DNA of 32,000 nt, taken from the NCBI RefSeq assembly GCF_000021865.1, contig NC_014035.1:30001-62000 (forward strand), read 5' to 3'. Shown piece by piece: positions 1 through 8,575 of this stretch. Position 1 is the stretch's first letter. Each line of letters opens with the position of its first letter. This stretch comes from Rhodobacter capsulatus SB 1003. Its GTDB lineage: Bacteria; Pseudomonadota; Alphaproteobacteria; Rhodobacterales; Rhodobacteraceae. The position numbers and the translations under genes are program-made. The notes under the pieces were generated by a model. It saw nothing but the letters and a program-made list of their open reading frames with translations, was not told the DNA's origin and did not search any database.

Positions 1-859
1 CCACGGCAAAGCGCACCGCATGCGGGATCACCAGACCGACGAAGCCGATCGAGCCGACAAGGCTGACCATCGTCGCGGTCATCAGCGTCGTCGCGCCGAT
101 CAGCACCAGCTGCACCCGACGCACCGCAATGCCAAGCGCCGCCGCCGATTGCGCGCCGAATACAAAGGCATCCATCGCCCGGACATGCCAGAGACAGACC
201 AGAAACCCCAAGGCCGCCGCAGGCGCGGCCAGCGCCACATCCGGCCAGCGCACCCCGGAGAGATTGCCAAGAAGCCAGAACATGATCCCCCGCGCCTGTT
301 CGGCATTGGCCGATTTCGCGATGAAGAAACTCGTCAGGGCGTTGAAGAGCTGCGATCCCGCGATCCCGGCCAGCACCAGTTGCGCGGGCCCCCCTCCGGC
401 GGCCCGGGCCAGCGCCGCGACCAGCCCGAAGGCCAGAACCGCGCCGACGAAGGCGCCCCCGGACAGGCCAAGCGCGCCTCCGCCCACGCCAAGGATGGTC
501 ACCGCCACCGCCCCGGTCGACGCGCCGGCCGACACGCCCAGCAGGTAGGGATCGGCCAGCGCATTGCGGATCAGCGCTTGCAGCACGACGCCCGAAAGCG
601 CCAGCCCGGCGCCGCAGCCCGCCGCCACCAGCGTGCGGGGCATCCGGTAGTTCCAGATGATCGCCGCATCGATCGGATCGACGGGATGGCCCGCGTTCCA
701 AAGCTCATTGGCCAGAACCGCCGCCACCGTCGAAACCGGCAGCGGCGTTTCGCCGATGACGACCCCCGCAAGGATCGCCATCGTCAGCACGGCAGCCCCA
801 AGCATCCCTCGCCACAGGAGAGACCGGGCACGCCAGCCGGAAGCTGCCGCCGCCATCAT
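1..859 (-). CDS. FecCD/BtuC-family ABC transporter permease (3' end cut by window edge)
   Basis: It is absent from the ORF track because there is no stop codon in the window. My translation from ATG 859..857 gives MMAAAASGWRARSLL...LIRNALADPYLLGVSAGASTGAVAV...FNALTSFFIAKSANAEQARGIMFWLLG...GFVGLVIPHAVRF. This is colinear with and very similar to the complete permease at 4101..5141. The start overlaps the upstream stop (ATGA). Confidence 0.85.
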   Translation of the reverse strand, partial: MMAAAASGWRARSLLWRGMLGAAVLTMAILAGVVIGETPLPVSTVAAVLANELWNAGHPVDPIDAAIIWNYRMPRTLVAAGCGAGLALSGVVLQALIRNALADPYLLGVSAGASTGAVAVTILGVGGGALGLSGGAFVGAVLAFGLVAALARAAGGGPAQLVLAGIAGSQLFNALTSFFIAKSANAEQARGIMFWLLGNLSGVRWPDVALAAPAAALGFLVCLWHVRAMDAFVFGAQSAAALGIAVRRVQLVLIGATTLMTATMVSLVGSIGFVGLVIPHAVRFAV

Positions 860-1866
860 TTCAGACCGAATGCCGGCAGGGCTTCAACCAGCGTCTCGAG
901 CGCGGTGACGTTGCGGATCGAGGGATCCATCGCATGGGCATCCAGAATGACGATCCGGTTGTTCTTCACCGCATCCATCTGGCGCGTCACCGGATCGGAT
1001 TTCAGGAAGGCGAGTTTCTTTTCGTAATCATCCGCCTCGAAGCGGCGCCGGTCCATGCGGGCGATGACGATCACCGAGGGATTCGCCCGCGCGATGGTTT
1101 CCCAGCTTACGGTCGGCCATTCCTCGTCGCTCTCCACGACATTCTTCAGCCCCAGTTTCTCCATCATGTAGCCGGGCGGCCCTTTGCGGCCCGCAACATA
1201 GGGGTCGACATCCATCTCGGCCGAGGAAAACCAGAACACCGCCGACGCGTCATGCAGATCGAGCGCCCGGGCCTTTTCGATCGCCACGGCCTCGCGCGCC
1301 TTCAGATCGGCGACAAGCGCATCGGCCCGGTCCGAAACGTCGAAGATCTGCCCCAACTGGGTCACGCCCGCATGGATCGAGGCCATCTCGAACATCGCGC
1401 TGCGGGTGCCGTCGGAGCCGGTGCTGTTGTCCTTTTTCCAGCAATCGGCGGGCAAGACATAGGTGGGGATGCCGACATCGGCGAACTGTTCCCGCGTGGC
1501 GACGATGCCTTGCGGCCCCACATGCCATTCGTATTGCACGGCGACCAGTCCCGGCTTTTTCGCCACGACCGATTCAAAGCTCGGGTCATTGTCGGCCAGC
1601 CGCGCGACGCGGGCATTCGTCTCGCGGAACTCCGGAAGGACCTCGGTGAACCAGACCGAGGTGCCGGTCACCTTGTCGCCAAGGCCAAGCGCATAGAGGA
1701 TCTCGGTCGCGGCCTGCCCCACGGTCACGACGCTGTCGGGCGCCTTCTGAAAAGTCAGATCGACACCGCAGTTCTTCAGCTGCAGGGGATAGGTGGTTTC
1801 GGCCATGACGGGCGACGCGAAGCCGGTCGCGCAGGCAAGCGCGACAGTCAGGGAACGGACAAACAT
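856..1866 (-). CDS. Periplasmic substrate-binding protein of a FecCD-type (iron-siderophore/cobalamin class) ABC importer
   Basis: 336 aa ORF with a signal peptide (MFVRSLTVALACATGFASPVMA). It is a paralog of the binding protein at 5138..6172, sharing YPL..NC..TF.KAP, FWFSS and DPSIR blocks. A GGAGA SD lies 5 nt before the ATG. It sits downstream of a cobalamin riboswitch. Confidence 0.9.
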   Translation of the reverse strand: MFVRSLTVALACATGFASPVMAETTYPLQLKNCGVDLTFQKAPDSVVTVGQAATEILYALGLGDKVTGTSVWFTEVLPEFRETNARVARLADNDPSFESVVAKKPGLVAVQYEWHVGPQGIVATREQFADVGIPTYVLPADCWKKDNSTGSDGTRSAMFEMASIHAGVTQLGQIFDVSDRADALVADLKAREAVAIEKARALDLHDASAVFWFSSAEMDVDPYVAGRKGPPGYMMEKLGLKNVVESDEEWPTVSWETIARANPSVIVIARMDRRRFEADDYEKKLAFLKSDPVTRQMDAVKNNRIVILDAHAMDPSIRNVTALETLVEALPAFGLK

Positions 1867-2044
1867 GAAAAGTCTCCGGATGTCAGGGCAGCCGGGGACA
1901 GATCAGGAAAGGTCGGCCATGGCGTGTTCCTGCGGCACCCCTGCGGGCCGCGCACGAACTGGCTGGAGGGTGCGCAAACGCACCCAAGGGCAAAAGTCAT
2001 TCGACACCTCCCCGGACACCCCGCCCGGGCCGCATTGCGTTTCG

Positions 2045-2215
2045 ACGTGTCGGCAGGTCTCCTGACTGGCGGGTCATCGAGGTTTCGCGGCCTTCCCATG
2101 GCATGCGCCACAGTGACTTTGGGTGCGAAACCCCTCGCCGCCTACAGTTGCGGGGGCAGTTCCGGTTCGTCAGACGCTTCTGACAACGGATTCCCTTTCA
2201 ATTCCTTTCGGAAAC
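2045..2215 (-). promoter_or_regulatory. Cobalamin (B12) riboswitch, leader of the 1866..1 ABC operon
   Basis: The minus-strand RNA reads ...UUCCGAAAGGAAUUGAAAGGGAAUCC...CUGCCCCCGCAACUGUAGGCGGCGAG...GUCACUGUGGC...CAUGGGAAGGCC...GACCCGCCAGUCAGGAGACCUGCCGAC. The B12 box AGUCAGGAGACCUGCC is at 2052..2067. All hallmark conserved blocks are present in the canonical order. Confidence 0.9.
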
Positions 2216-2385
2216 CGACGCCGCTGGTTACCCCGAACGTGGCGGAACGGCAAGCGCGAGAAGCGAAAAACCGTTGTTTCTGCTGCAAATTATATCTCGG
2301 ACAGATCGAACCTCGCGCTTCGGCGGGTCCATCCCCCGAGACGGCGGGCGGGCAGAGCGGCCCCGATGATCGAGCGGTTTCGTGA

Positions 2386-3321
2386 TCAGAGGCCCTGCGC
2401 GCGATCCCTGGTGACGACCGTCGGCTTGCGCCCTGCGGGCGTCGCGATCATGGCGCCGCCAAGGATCAGCGGGCCGGCGATCAGGAAGGCCGTGCCGGGG
2501 CGTTCGGCGAAGAAAAGCATGCCCGCGACGGCCGCCCAGAGGATCGAGAGATATTCGTACGGGGCCAGCGCCGCGGCTTCGGCATGGCGGAACGACAGCG
2601 TCATGAGGATATGCGCGACGCCCCCGGCAAGGCCTGCCCCAAGAAGCAGGGCGAACTCGGCCGGGTGCGGCCACACCCAGCCCGCGGGCACGGTCGCAAG
2701 CCCGGCCGCGGCCGAGACCACGGCGAACCAGAAGGCGATCGCCCCCGCCTTTTCCCCCGCCAAGGTCAGCCGGCGCACCTGAAGCAGCGCTCCGGCTGTC
2801 AGCATCGCGGTGGCAAGGCCCAGCGTCCCCCCCAAAGCCGCGCCCGGCGGAAGCCCGCCCGAGAAGGCGGGCAGGCAGAAGGCCGCCGCCCCCGCCAGCC
2901 CCAGCCCGACGCCGCCCAGCCGCCTTGGACCAAGCCTTTCGCCCAGCATCCCCCACCCGAGCAGCGCCAGCACGACCGGCGCGAGATAGGACAGCAAGGT
3001 CGCCTCGGCCAGCGGCAGATAGCGCAGCGTGGCGAAAGAGGTGAACATCGCCGCGGCCCCCATCAGGCAGCGGGCGATGTGGCCGAAGGGGCGGCGCGTG
3101 GCAAGCCCCCGGGGGAAGTCGCCCGTCCACCACAGAAAGAGCACCAGAGGCAGCAGCGCCACCGCCGAGCGGAAGAACACCACCTGGCCCAGCGGAACGG
3201 CGTCACCCAGCGCCTTGATGCAGGCGGTCATCGCGGCGAAGGCGAGGGTGGAGCCGATGCGCAGCGCGATGCCGAGCGGCTCGCCGCTCAGCCGCGGCCG
3301 AGGGGTCGTCAGACTGCCCAT
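2386..3321 (-). CDS. DMT superfamily (EamA/RhaT-like) membrane transporter
   Basis: 311 aa, about 10 hydrophobic segments with a duplicated EamA-like pattern (LAFAAMTACIKAL..., FFRSAVALLPL..., LSYLAPVVLALLGW...). It starts 21 nt after the ABC ATPase stop, so it may be co-transcribed. Confidence 0.85.
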   Translation of the reverse strand: MGSLTTPRPRLSGEPLGIALRIGSTLAFAAMTACIKALGDAVPLGQVVFFRSAVALLPLVLFLWWTGDFPRGLATRRPFGHIARCLMGAAAMFTSFATLRYLPLAEATLLSYLAPVVLALLGWGMLGERLGPRRLGGVGLGLAGAAAFCLPAFSGGLPPGAALGGTLGLATAMLTAGALLQVRRLTLAGEKAGAIAFWFAVVSAAAGLATVPAGWVWPHPAEFALLLGAGLAGGVAHILMTLSFRHAEAAALAPYEYLSILWAAVAGMLFFAERPGTAFLIAGPLILGGAMIATPAGRKPTVVTRDRAQGL

Positions 3322-3342
3322 GCGGATCGGTCCCTTTCGCTT

Positions 3343-4104
3343 TCAGGCGCGGAAACGGATATGCGGCGGCCCGGCCGTTGTCGAGGTGGCGATCTCTGCC
3401 TCCACCCGGAACACGGCGCGCAGCAGCTCGGCGGTCAACACGGCCTCGGGCGTGCCGCAGGCCACGACACGGCCCGCCTCCAGCACGACGATCCGGTCGC
3501 AGAACATCGCGGCGAGGTTCATGTCATGCAGCGCGATGATGCTTGTCAGATCAAGCTCGCGCACCATGCGCAGGATCGCGATCTGATGATGGATGTCGAG
3601 ATGGTTGGTCGGCTCGTCAAGAAACAGGATGCGCGGCGCCTGGGCCAATGCCCGGGCGATGTGGACCCGCTGCTTCTCGCCGCCCGAGAGGGTCTGCCAG
3701 GGCTGCGCGCGGCGCCCCTCCATGTCGACGCGGGCCAGCGCCGAGGTGACCGCCGCCTCGTCCTCCGCCGACCAGCCCGAGAGGGCGGAGCGGTGCGGCG
3801 TCCGCCCCAGCCGCACCACGTCGCGGACCGAGACATTGCTGTCGGTCGCGGCGCTTTGCCGGACGAAGGCCAGCTGCCGCGCCAGCGCCCGGCGCGGGAG
3901 GCGCGCGATATCCTGCCCCTCGATCTCGACGAAACCGGCCTGCGGGCGCTTCAACCCGGCAAGCAGCCGCAGCAGCGAGGACTTGCCCGAGCCGTTCGGC
4001 CCGATCAGGCCCAGCGTCTCGCCCCGCGCCACATCAAGCGAGACATCCGCGACGATGGTCCGCTTGCGGATGCCCCAGGTCAGATTGCGGGCGGCGATGG
4101 TCAT
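3343..4104 (-). CDS. ABC transporter ATP-binding protein (FecE/BtuD-like)
   Basis: 253 aa with Walker A GPNGSGKSS, signature LSGGEKQRV, Walker B ILFLDEPTNHLD and an H-loop ALHD. Its start overlaps the permease stop. Confidence 0.92.
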   Translation of the reverse strand: MTIAARNLTWGIRKRTIVADVSLDVARGETLGLIGPNGSGKSSLLRLLAGLKRPQAGFVEIEGQDIARLPRRALARQLAFVRQSAATDSNVSVRDVVRLGRTPHRSALSGWSAEDEAAVTSALARVDMEGRRAQPWQTLSGGEKQRVHIARALAQAPRILFLDEPTNHLDIHHQIAILRMVRELDLTSIIALHDMNLAAMFCDRIVVLEAGRVVACGTPEAVLTAELLRAVFRVEAEIATSTTAGPPHIRFRA

Positions 4105-5141
4105 GATTGCGGCCGGGAACGATAGAGGATGATGGCGAAGAAGGGCACGCCGACCAGGGCGGTGACGACGCCGATGGGAATGGTCTGCTGCGCGACGATC
4201 ACGCGCGCGGCGATGTCGGCCAGCACGAGGAAGATTGCCCCCGCAGCCGCGCAGGCCGGGATCAGCCGCAGATGCATCGGCCCGACGATGAAGCGTGCCG
4301 CATGGGGCACGACAAGCCCGACGAAGCCGATGGCGCCAACCATGCTGACGATGGTCGCGGTCATCATCGCCGTCACGCCGAACAGGATCAGGCGGATGCG
4401 CGCCACCGGCACGCCAAGCGCCGCGGCATCCTCGTCGCCGAAGGTGAAGGCGTCAAGCGAACGTGCCATCAACAGGCAGATCGCAAGGCCCGTCATCACG
4501 ACGAGGATCAGAAGCTGGAAATCCGGCCAGCGCACGCCGCCGAAGCTGCCCAGCAACCAGAACATCACGTCGCGCGCCTGCTGGGCATTGCCCGAGGTGG
4601 TGACGATATAGGAGGTCAGCGCGTTGAAAAGCTGCGAGGCGGCGACCCCCGCGAGGATCGTGTGGTTCGGCCCGCTGGTCGCGCCGTTCGACAAAAGCGC
4701 CACCAGCGCGAAGGCAGCGAAGGCGCCCGCGAAAGCCCCCATGGGACAGCGACAGCCCGCCCGGCCGATGCCCAGCACGATGACCGCCACCGCGCCGGTC
4801 GAGGCCCCCGCCGAGACGCCCAGCACGAAGGGTTCGGCCAGCGGGTTGCGCAGCAGCGCCTGCAGGATCGCGCCGCAGATGGCCAGCCCCGCGCCCGCCA
4901 GCGCCGCGACCAGCGCACGGCTCAGCCGCAGGTCCCAGACCACGCTCTGCTCGATGCGCGGGATCTCGGCGGTCGTGAGGCCCAGCCCGTTGCCCACCGC
5001 CAGCACGACCGTGCCAAGCGCAATGGCATAATCGCCGACGGTCATCGCCACCGCGACGGCAAGACACAGAACCAGAAGGGACACCGTCAGAAGCAAGAGG
5101 AATTTCCCCGCCCCGCTTCCGGTCTCGTCACGAATGCTCAC
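4101..5141 (-). CDS. FecCD-family ABC transporter permease
   Basis: 346 aa polytopic membrane protein with typical FecCD blocks (LLRNPLAEPFVLGVSAGAS, FGDEDAAALGV, GFVGLVVPHAARF). It has 4-nt overlaps with both neighbouring genes. Confidence 0.92.
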   Translation of the reverse strand: MSIRDETGSGAGKFLLLLTVSLLVLCLAVAVAMTVGDYAIALGTVVLAVGNGLGLTTAEIPRIEQSVVWDLRLSRALVAALAGAGLAICGAILQALLRNPLAEPFVLGVSAGASTGAVAVIVLGIGRAGCRCPMGAFAGAFAAFALVALLSNGATSGPNHTILAGVAASQLFNALTSYIVTTSGNAQQARDVMFWLLGSFGGVRWPDFQLLILVVMTGLAICLLMARSLDAFTFGDEDAAALGVPVARIRLILFGVTAMMTATIVSMVGAIGFVGLVVPHAARFIVGPMHLRLIPACAAAGAIFLVLADIAARVIVAQQTIPIGVVTALVGVPFFAIILYRSRPQS

Positions 5142-6172
5142 GGCAGGTCGAAGGAACGGAGCTGGTCTGCCAGTTGCTCGGCGCCGTAAAGCGTGCGGAT
5201 CGAGGGGTTCATCGCCGCCCCGCTCATCACCGCGATGCGCCCCGCCTTGACCGCCTCCATCTGGCTGACCGCCGGATCGGAGGTCAGCCAGGCGATCTTG
5301 GTGTCGGCCCGGTCAAGGTCCCAGCGGTTGCGGTCCACCTGCGCGGCGACGAAGACGGTGGGATTGGCGGCCATGATGCCTTCCCAGCCCAGGGTCGGCC
5401 ATTCCGCCTCGGTCCTGATCGCGTTGGAGCCGCCAAGCAGATCGGCGATGTAGCCCGAAGGCCCATGGCCGCCGCCCAGATAGGCATCGTCGGCAGGCGA
5501 GGGGCTGGAGAACCAGAACAGGAAGGTCAGATCCTCGCGCGGCGCGAATTCGGCGCGCAGGGCGGCCTCGCGGGCCTTGAAATCGGCGATCACCGCCGCG
5601 CCGCGCTCGGCCACGTCGAAGATGCGCGCCATGTCCTCGATCTCCTTGTAGAGGAGGTCCATGGACCACAGATCCTTGCGGACACCATAGGCAGAGCTCG
5701 CCGCGCTGCCGTTCGCGCTCTGCGTGTCGGCCTCGGTGGTGCAGGCACTGGGCGAGAGGTAGGTCGGGATGCCGAGCGCTTCCAGATCTTCACGCTTGGT
5801 GACCTTGCTGTCGGGCCCCATCAGCGTCACCAGCATGGCAGGCACGAAATCGGGCTGCTGCGCCAGCACCGCTTCAAGCGTCGGGAATTCGACCGTCAGC
5901 ACCTCCACCTTGTCATGCGCCGCGGCCAGCTCCGGCAGGACGCTGTTCGGCCAGAAGGCGGTGGCGGCCATGCGATCCTCGAGCCCCAGCAGGAGCAGGA
6001 TCTCGGCGCTGTTCTGCCCCAGCGCCACGGTGCGCTCGGGTGCTTTCGCGAAGGTCACCTTTTGCTCGCAATTCTCGATGGTGAGGGGATAGCTCGTCCG
6101 CTCGGCAAGCGCGGCGGAGCAAAGGCAGGAGAGGGCGACGCCACCCAGAATGGCGGTCTTGAGGGGCAACAT
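5138..6172 (-). CDS. Periplasmic substrate-binding protein of a FecCD-type ABC importer
   Basis: The track ORF 5138..6457 has an implausible 95-aa Arg/Pro-rich extension. Internal ATG 6172 gives MLPLKTAILGGVALSCLCSAALA (signal peptide) followed by a mature sequence colinear with the 856..1866 protein. Confidence 0.85.
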   Translation of the reverse strand: MLPLKTAILGGVALSCLCSAALAERTSYPLTIENCEQKVTFAKAPERTVALGQNSAEILLLLGLEDRMAATAFWPNSVLPELAAAHDKVEVLTVEFPTLEAVLAQQPDFVPAMLVTLMGPDSKVTKREDLEALGIPTYLSPSACTTEADTQSANGSAASSAYGVRKDLWSMDLLYKEIEDMARIFDVAERGAAVIADFKAREAALRAEFAPREDLTFLFWFSSPSPADDAYLGGGHGPSGYIADLLGGSNAIRTEAEWPTLGWEGIMAANPTVFVAAQVDRNRWDLDRADTKIAWLTSDPAVSQMEAVKAGRIAVMSGAAMNPSIRTLYGAEQLADQLRSFDLP

Positions 6173-6192
6173 GGGGGAGGGTCCGGTTTCCG

Positions 6193-6214
6193 AGTGAAAG
6201 AGTCGATTTTCACT
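6193..6214. promoter_or_regulatory. Perfect 7-bp-arm inverted repeat AGTGAAA-N8-TTTCACT, candidate operator of the 6172..3343 operon
   Basis: It lies 21-42 bp upstream of the binding-protein start codon. A related palindrome GAGTG-TTT-CACTC is at 6239..6251. The cognate regulator is unknown. Confidence 0.3.
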
Positions 6215-6322
6215 ATCCCCGCAACCCGCGGAACTCAAGAGTGTTTCACTCAGGAACTGCGGGCGAAACAGGGGCTTTGTTGCACAACGCCGACGTGCGG
6301 CGGTGTGGCACCTTTTGCCCCC

Positions 6323-7183
6323 GACTGGAGGGTGACCGGCGGCCTGCGCTATCAGCGCGACGACGTGGAGCGGCGCGGCACCACCAGCTTCACGCCCGAG
6401 GTGCTGGATTACGACCGGAGCTTCGATGCCTGGCTGCCGAAGCTTGCGCTGACCCATGACCTGAACGACACCACCAGCATCGGCGCGATGGTCAGCAAGG
6501 GCTACAACCCGGGCGGGGTGACGCTTGGCTTCGTGTCAAGGCAATATGTGACCTTCGAGCCGGAAACGGTCTGGAACTACGAGCTTTTCGGCCGCACGAA
6601 GCTGTTTGACGAGCGGCTCGACCTGACCGGGAACCTGTTTTACAGCCGGATGAAGAATGCGCAGCGCTATGTGACCTCGGTGATCGAGGGCGGCTATACC
6701 GATGCGGTGACCGTCAATGCCGACAAGGCGGAATCCTACGGGATGGAGCTGGGCTTCAGCTTCGCGGCGCGCGACGACCTGACCCTGCGCGGCAATCTTG
6801 GCCTTTTGCACACCGAAATCGTCAGCTTCGAGAATGCGCTGGCCGATTACGAGGGGCATGAATTCGGCCGCGCGCCCAGCCGCACGCTCAGCCTTGGTGC
6901 GGATTGGGCGATCCGTCCCGATGTGACGCTGGCGGGCACGGTGCGTTACACCGACGCCTATTTCTCGGATGACACCAATGCGACGGCGCTTCTGATCGAC
7001 GCGCATACCGTGGCCGATGCCCGCGTGACCTGGACCCCGCGCGAGGATCTGTCGCTTTTCGCCTATGTGAACAACATCTTCGACGATCGTTCGGTGACCA
7101 ACCTGCGGTCGCTGCAGGGATCGCTGCAGGGCACCGTGGTCGATCCGCGCTCGGCCGGCGTCGGCCTGAAAATGACCTTCTGA
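6323..7183 (+). pseudogene. TonB-dependent receptor, C-terminal ~286 aa only (plug and N-terminal barrel missing)
   Basis: This is the tail of track ORF 5174..7183: DWRVTGGLRYQRDD...GYNPGGV...NLFYSRMKNAQ...YVNNIFDDRS...AGVGLKMTF*, with a terminal aromatic residue. Everything upstream of about 6320 in that ORF is antisense to the binding-protein gene, so it is not part of this protein. Confidence 0.75.
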
Positions 7184-7190
7184 CCGACAG

Positions 7191-7220
7191 CCCGGCCCCG
7201 GGACGCTCTTCGGGGCCGGG
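7191..7220. terminator. GC-rich hairpin between convergent gene remnants (bidirectional terminator candidate)
   Basis: CCCGGCCCCG-ggacgctctt-CGGGGCCGGG, a 10-bp perfect stem 8 nt after the receptor-fragment stop. There is no clear U-tract. Confidence 0.45.
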
Positions 7221-7241
7221 CGAAGGCGGGCATCCGCCGGA

Positions 7242-7943
7242 TCAGGGCAGCAGCGCGCCGTTCAGCCGGTTCTGGGCGTGGATCTGGATGAAGACCTCGA
7301 ACATATGCGCATCAAGGGGCGCGGTACCACCCGACAGCGCCGCCTCGACCAGATCTATCGGGATTTCGCTGTGCGGCATCGAGGCGGTGATCTGGTCGCG
7401 CACCGCGGTGATCAGCGCGCGCGGGGTCGCATCGCCGGGGGCGCGCAGGCAATGCGCGGTGACGGTGGTGAAATAGCCGATCGTGTCGAACCAGGCCGGA
7501 TCGGTGCGGCCCGCGGCCGAGGTGCCGATGGTCAGCGCCTCAAGCCCGGCCAGCCGCTGCAGCGCCACAGAGATCGCCGCATAGACGGTGTTGAACAGCG
7601 AGGCCGAGCAGGTCTTTGCCAAGGCATGCAACCCGGCGCAGACCGCGGGCGGCACGGCGATTTCGCACCAGCCGCCCGCCGTCGCATCCTCCGGGGCCGC
7701 ATCCTCGGGGGTCGCGGGCCGGGACGCTGCGCCCGGGGCACGGATCGGCTGCGGCGGCGGCGCGTCGCGCAGAGCCGTGACCCAATGTTCCAGCGACCGG
7801 GCGTCGATGCCGGCACTGGCCCGGGCGCGAGCAAAAGCGTGAAACGGTGCGACCGGTCCGGCCCAGTCGGGGGCCCGTTCCGCCGCCCGGGCGGCATAGG
7901 CGCAGGCCAGCTCGGCCATCATCAGGTTGAGCCTGACCTCGCC
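7242..7943 (-). pseudogene. NRPS-type condensation-domain protein, C-terminal half only
   Basis: The C-terminal part of ORF 7242..8225 shows C-domain motifs after the His motif: LMMAELACAYAA (post-C3), SLFNTVYAAISVALQRL, IGYFTTVTAHCLR (C5-like IGxFVNT..R) and HSEIPIDL (C6-like). The catalytic HHxxxDG region and everything N-terminal of it is absent, replaced by IS-derived sequence. Confidence 0.6.
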
Positions 7944-7981
7944 CCTCAGGCCTTCGCGGCGCTTCCCGCTGAATCGTCGGT

Positions 7982-8575
7982 CTTGGCTACAACGCCGAGG
8001 GGCAACTGATCCGGCCGTTACATCGAGGAGGCGGACCGGATCGACCGTCAGGAAACCGGCGCGGCGCGGGCCGAGCGGGCGGCCCATCTGAAGGGGCGAT
8101 ACCATGGCATTCGTCAGCAGATCGAACGTTTGCTGGCGATGGAAAAGGCGCTGGACGATGCGCCGGACGGGCAAATTTCGCTGACCGACCCAGATGCCCG
8201 GGCGATGGCAACGCGCGCGCAGCACAGACGCTATTGGCGCGGCGGGTGTTCAAGCTGCGAAATCAAACGCCGTTGCACGACGATCCATGAAGGACGGGGG
8301 GCTCTGAACGACGGGTTTCGCGGTGGGAACACGAGCATCTGGTCGAGGCATCGGATGCGCGCCGACGCAGCGCCGGCGCGCCGATGCGGGTGCGAAGATC
8401 AACCGTCGAGCACCCGTTCGGCACGATCAAGGCCTGGACCGGGTCCTGCCATTTCCTGACCAAGCGGTTTCAAGGGGTGGGCACGGAAATGGCGTTGAAC
8501 GTGCAGGCCTACAACATCAAGAGAATGATCTCCTTGGTGGGCATGCCGAGGTTGGTGGCTGCAATCCAAAGGTGA
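7982..8575 (+). mobile_element. IS1182-like (IS5 superfamily) transposase remnant, frameshifted and internally deleted
   Basis: Fragments occur in different frames: YIEEADRIDRQETGAARAERAAHLKGRYHGIRQQIERLLAMEKALDDAPDGQISLTDPDARAMAT, then ...CEIKRRCTT..., RWEHEHLVEA and MRVRRSTVEHPFGTIKAWTGSCHFLTKRFQGVGTEMALNVQAYNIKRMISLVG. The DDE catalytic core between SLTDPDA and the Cys-rich/VEHPFG tail is missing. Confidence 0.7.

Noticed and set aside
2289-2294. TATAAT hexamer (minus strand) as the promoter -10 element of riboswitch 1
   Set aside because: It is plausibly real, but I could not find a convincing -35 element at 16-18 bp spacing. It is mentioned in the finding and not listed as a feature.
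934-2385. 483-aa plus-strand ORF, and the similar ORF at 20..1027
   Set aside because: It is antisense to the binding-protein and permease genes and runs through the riboswitch. The composition is Arg/Gly/Pro/His-rich and low-complexity, typical of a wrong frame in high-GC DNA. No domain is recognisable.
2584-4125. 513-aa plus-strand ORF, and the overlapping ORFs at 4107..5189 and 3029..3586
   Set aside because: They are antisense to the EamA, ATPase and permease genes. The composition is extremely Arg/Gln/Gly/Pro-rich, with no motifs.
5174-6322. N-terminal 383 codons of the 669-aa ORF 5174..7183
   Set aside because: This part is simply the open antisense frame of the binding-protein gene fused in frame to the real TonB-receptor fragment. 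Only 6323..7183 has receptor-like sequence.
6173-6457. 95-codon N-terminal extension of ORF 5138..6457
   Set aside because: The extension is Arg/Pro-rich and overlaps the receptor fragment. Internal Met 6172 gives a proper signal peptide and matches the paralog's N-terminus.
7944-8225. N-terminal 94 codons of ORF 7242..8225, treated as part of a 327-aa protein
   Set aside because: This stretch is antisense to IS-derived sequence and shows no condensation-domain similarity. The ORF is a chimera of the remnant plus a random open frame.
8130-8575. ORFs 8130..8459 and 8384..8575 as intact transposase genes
   Set aside because: Each carries only a short piece of IS1182-like sequence, in different frames. 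The DDE core is missing, so the region was called a single remnant instead.
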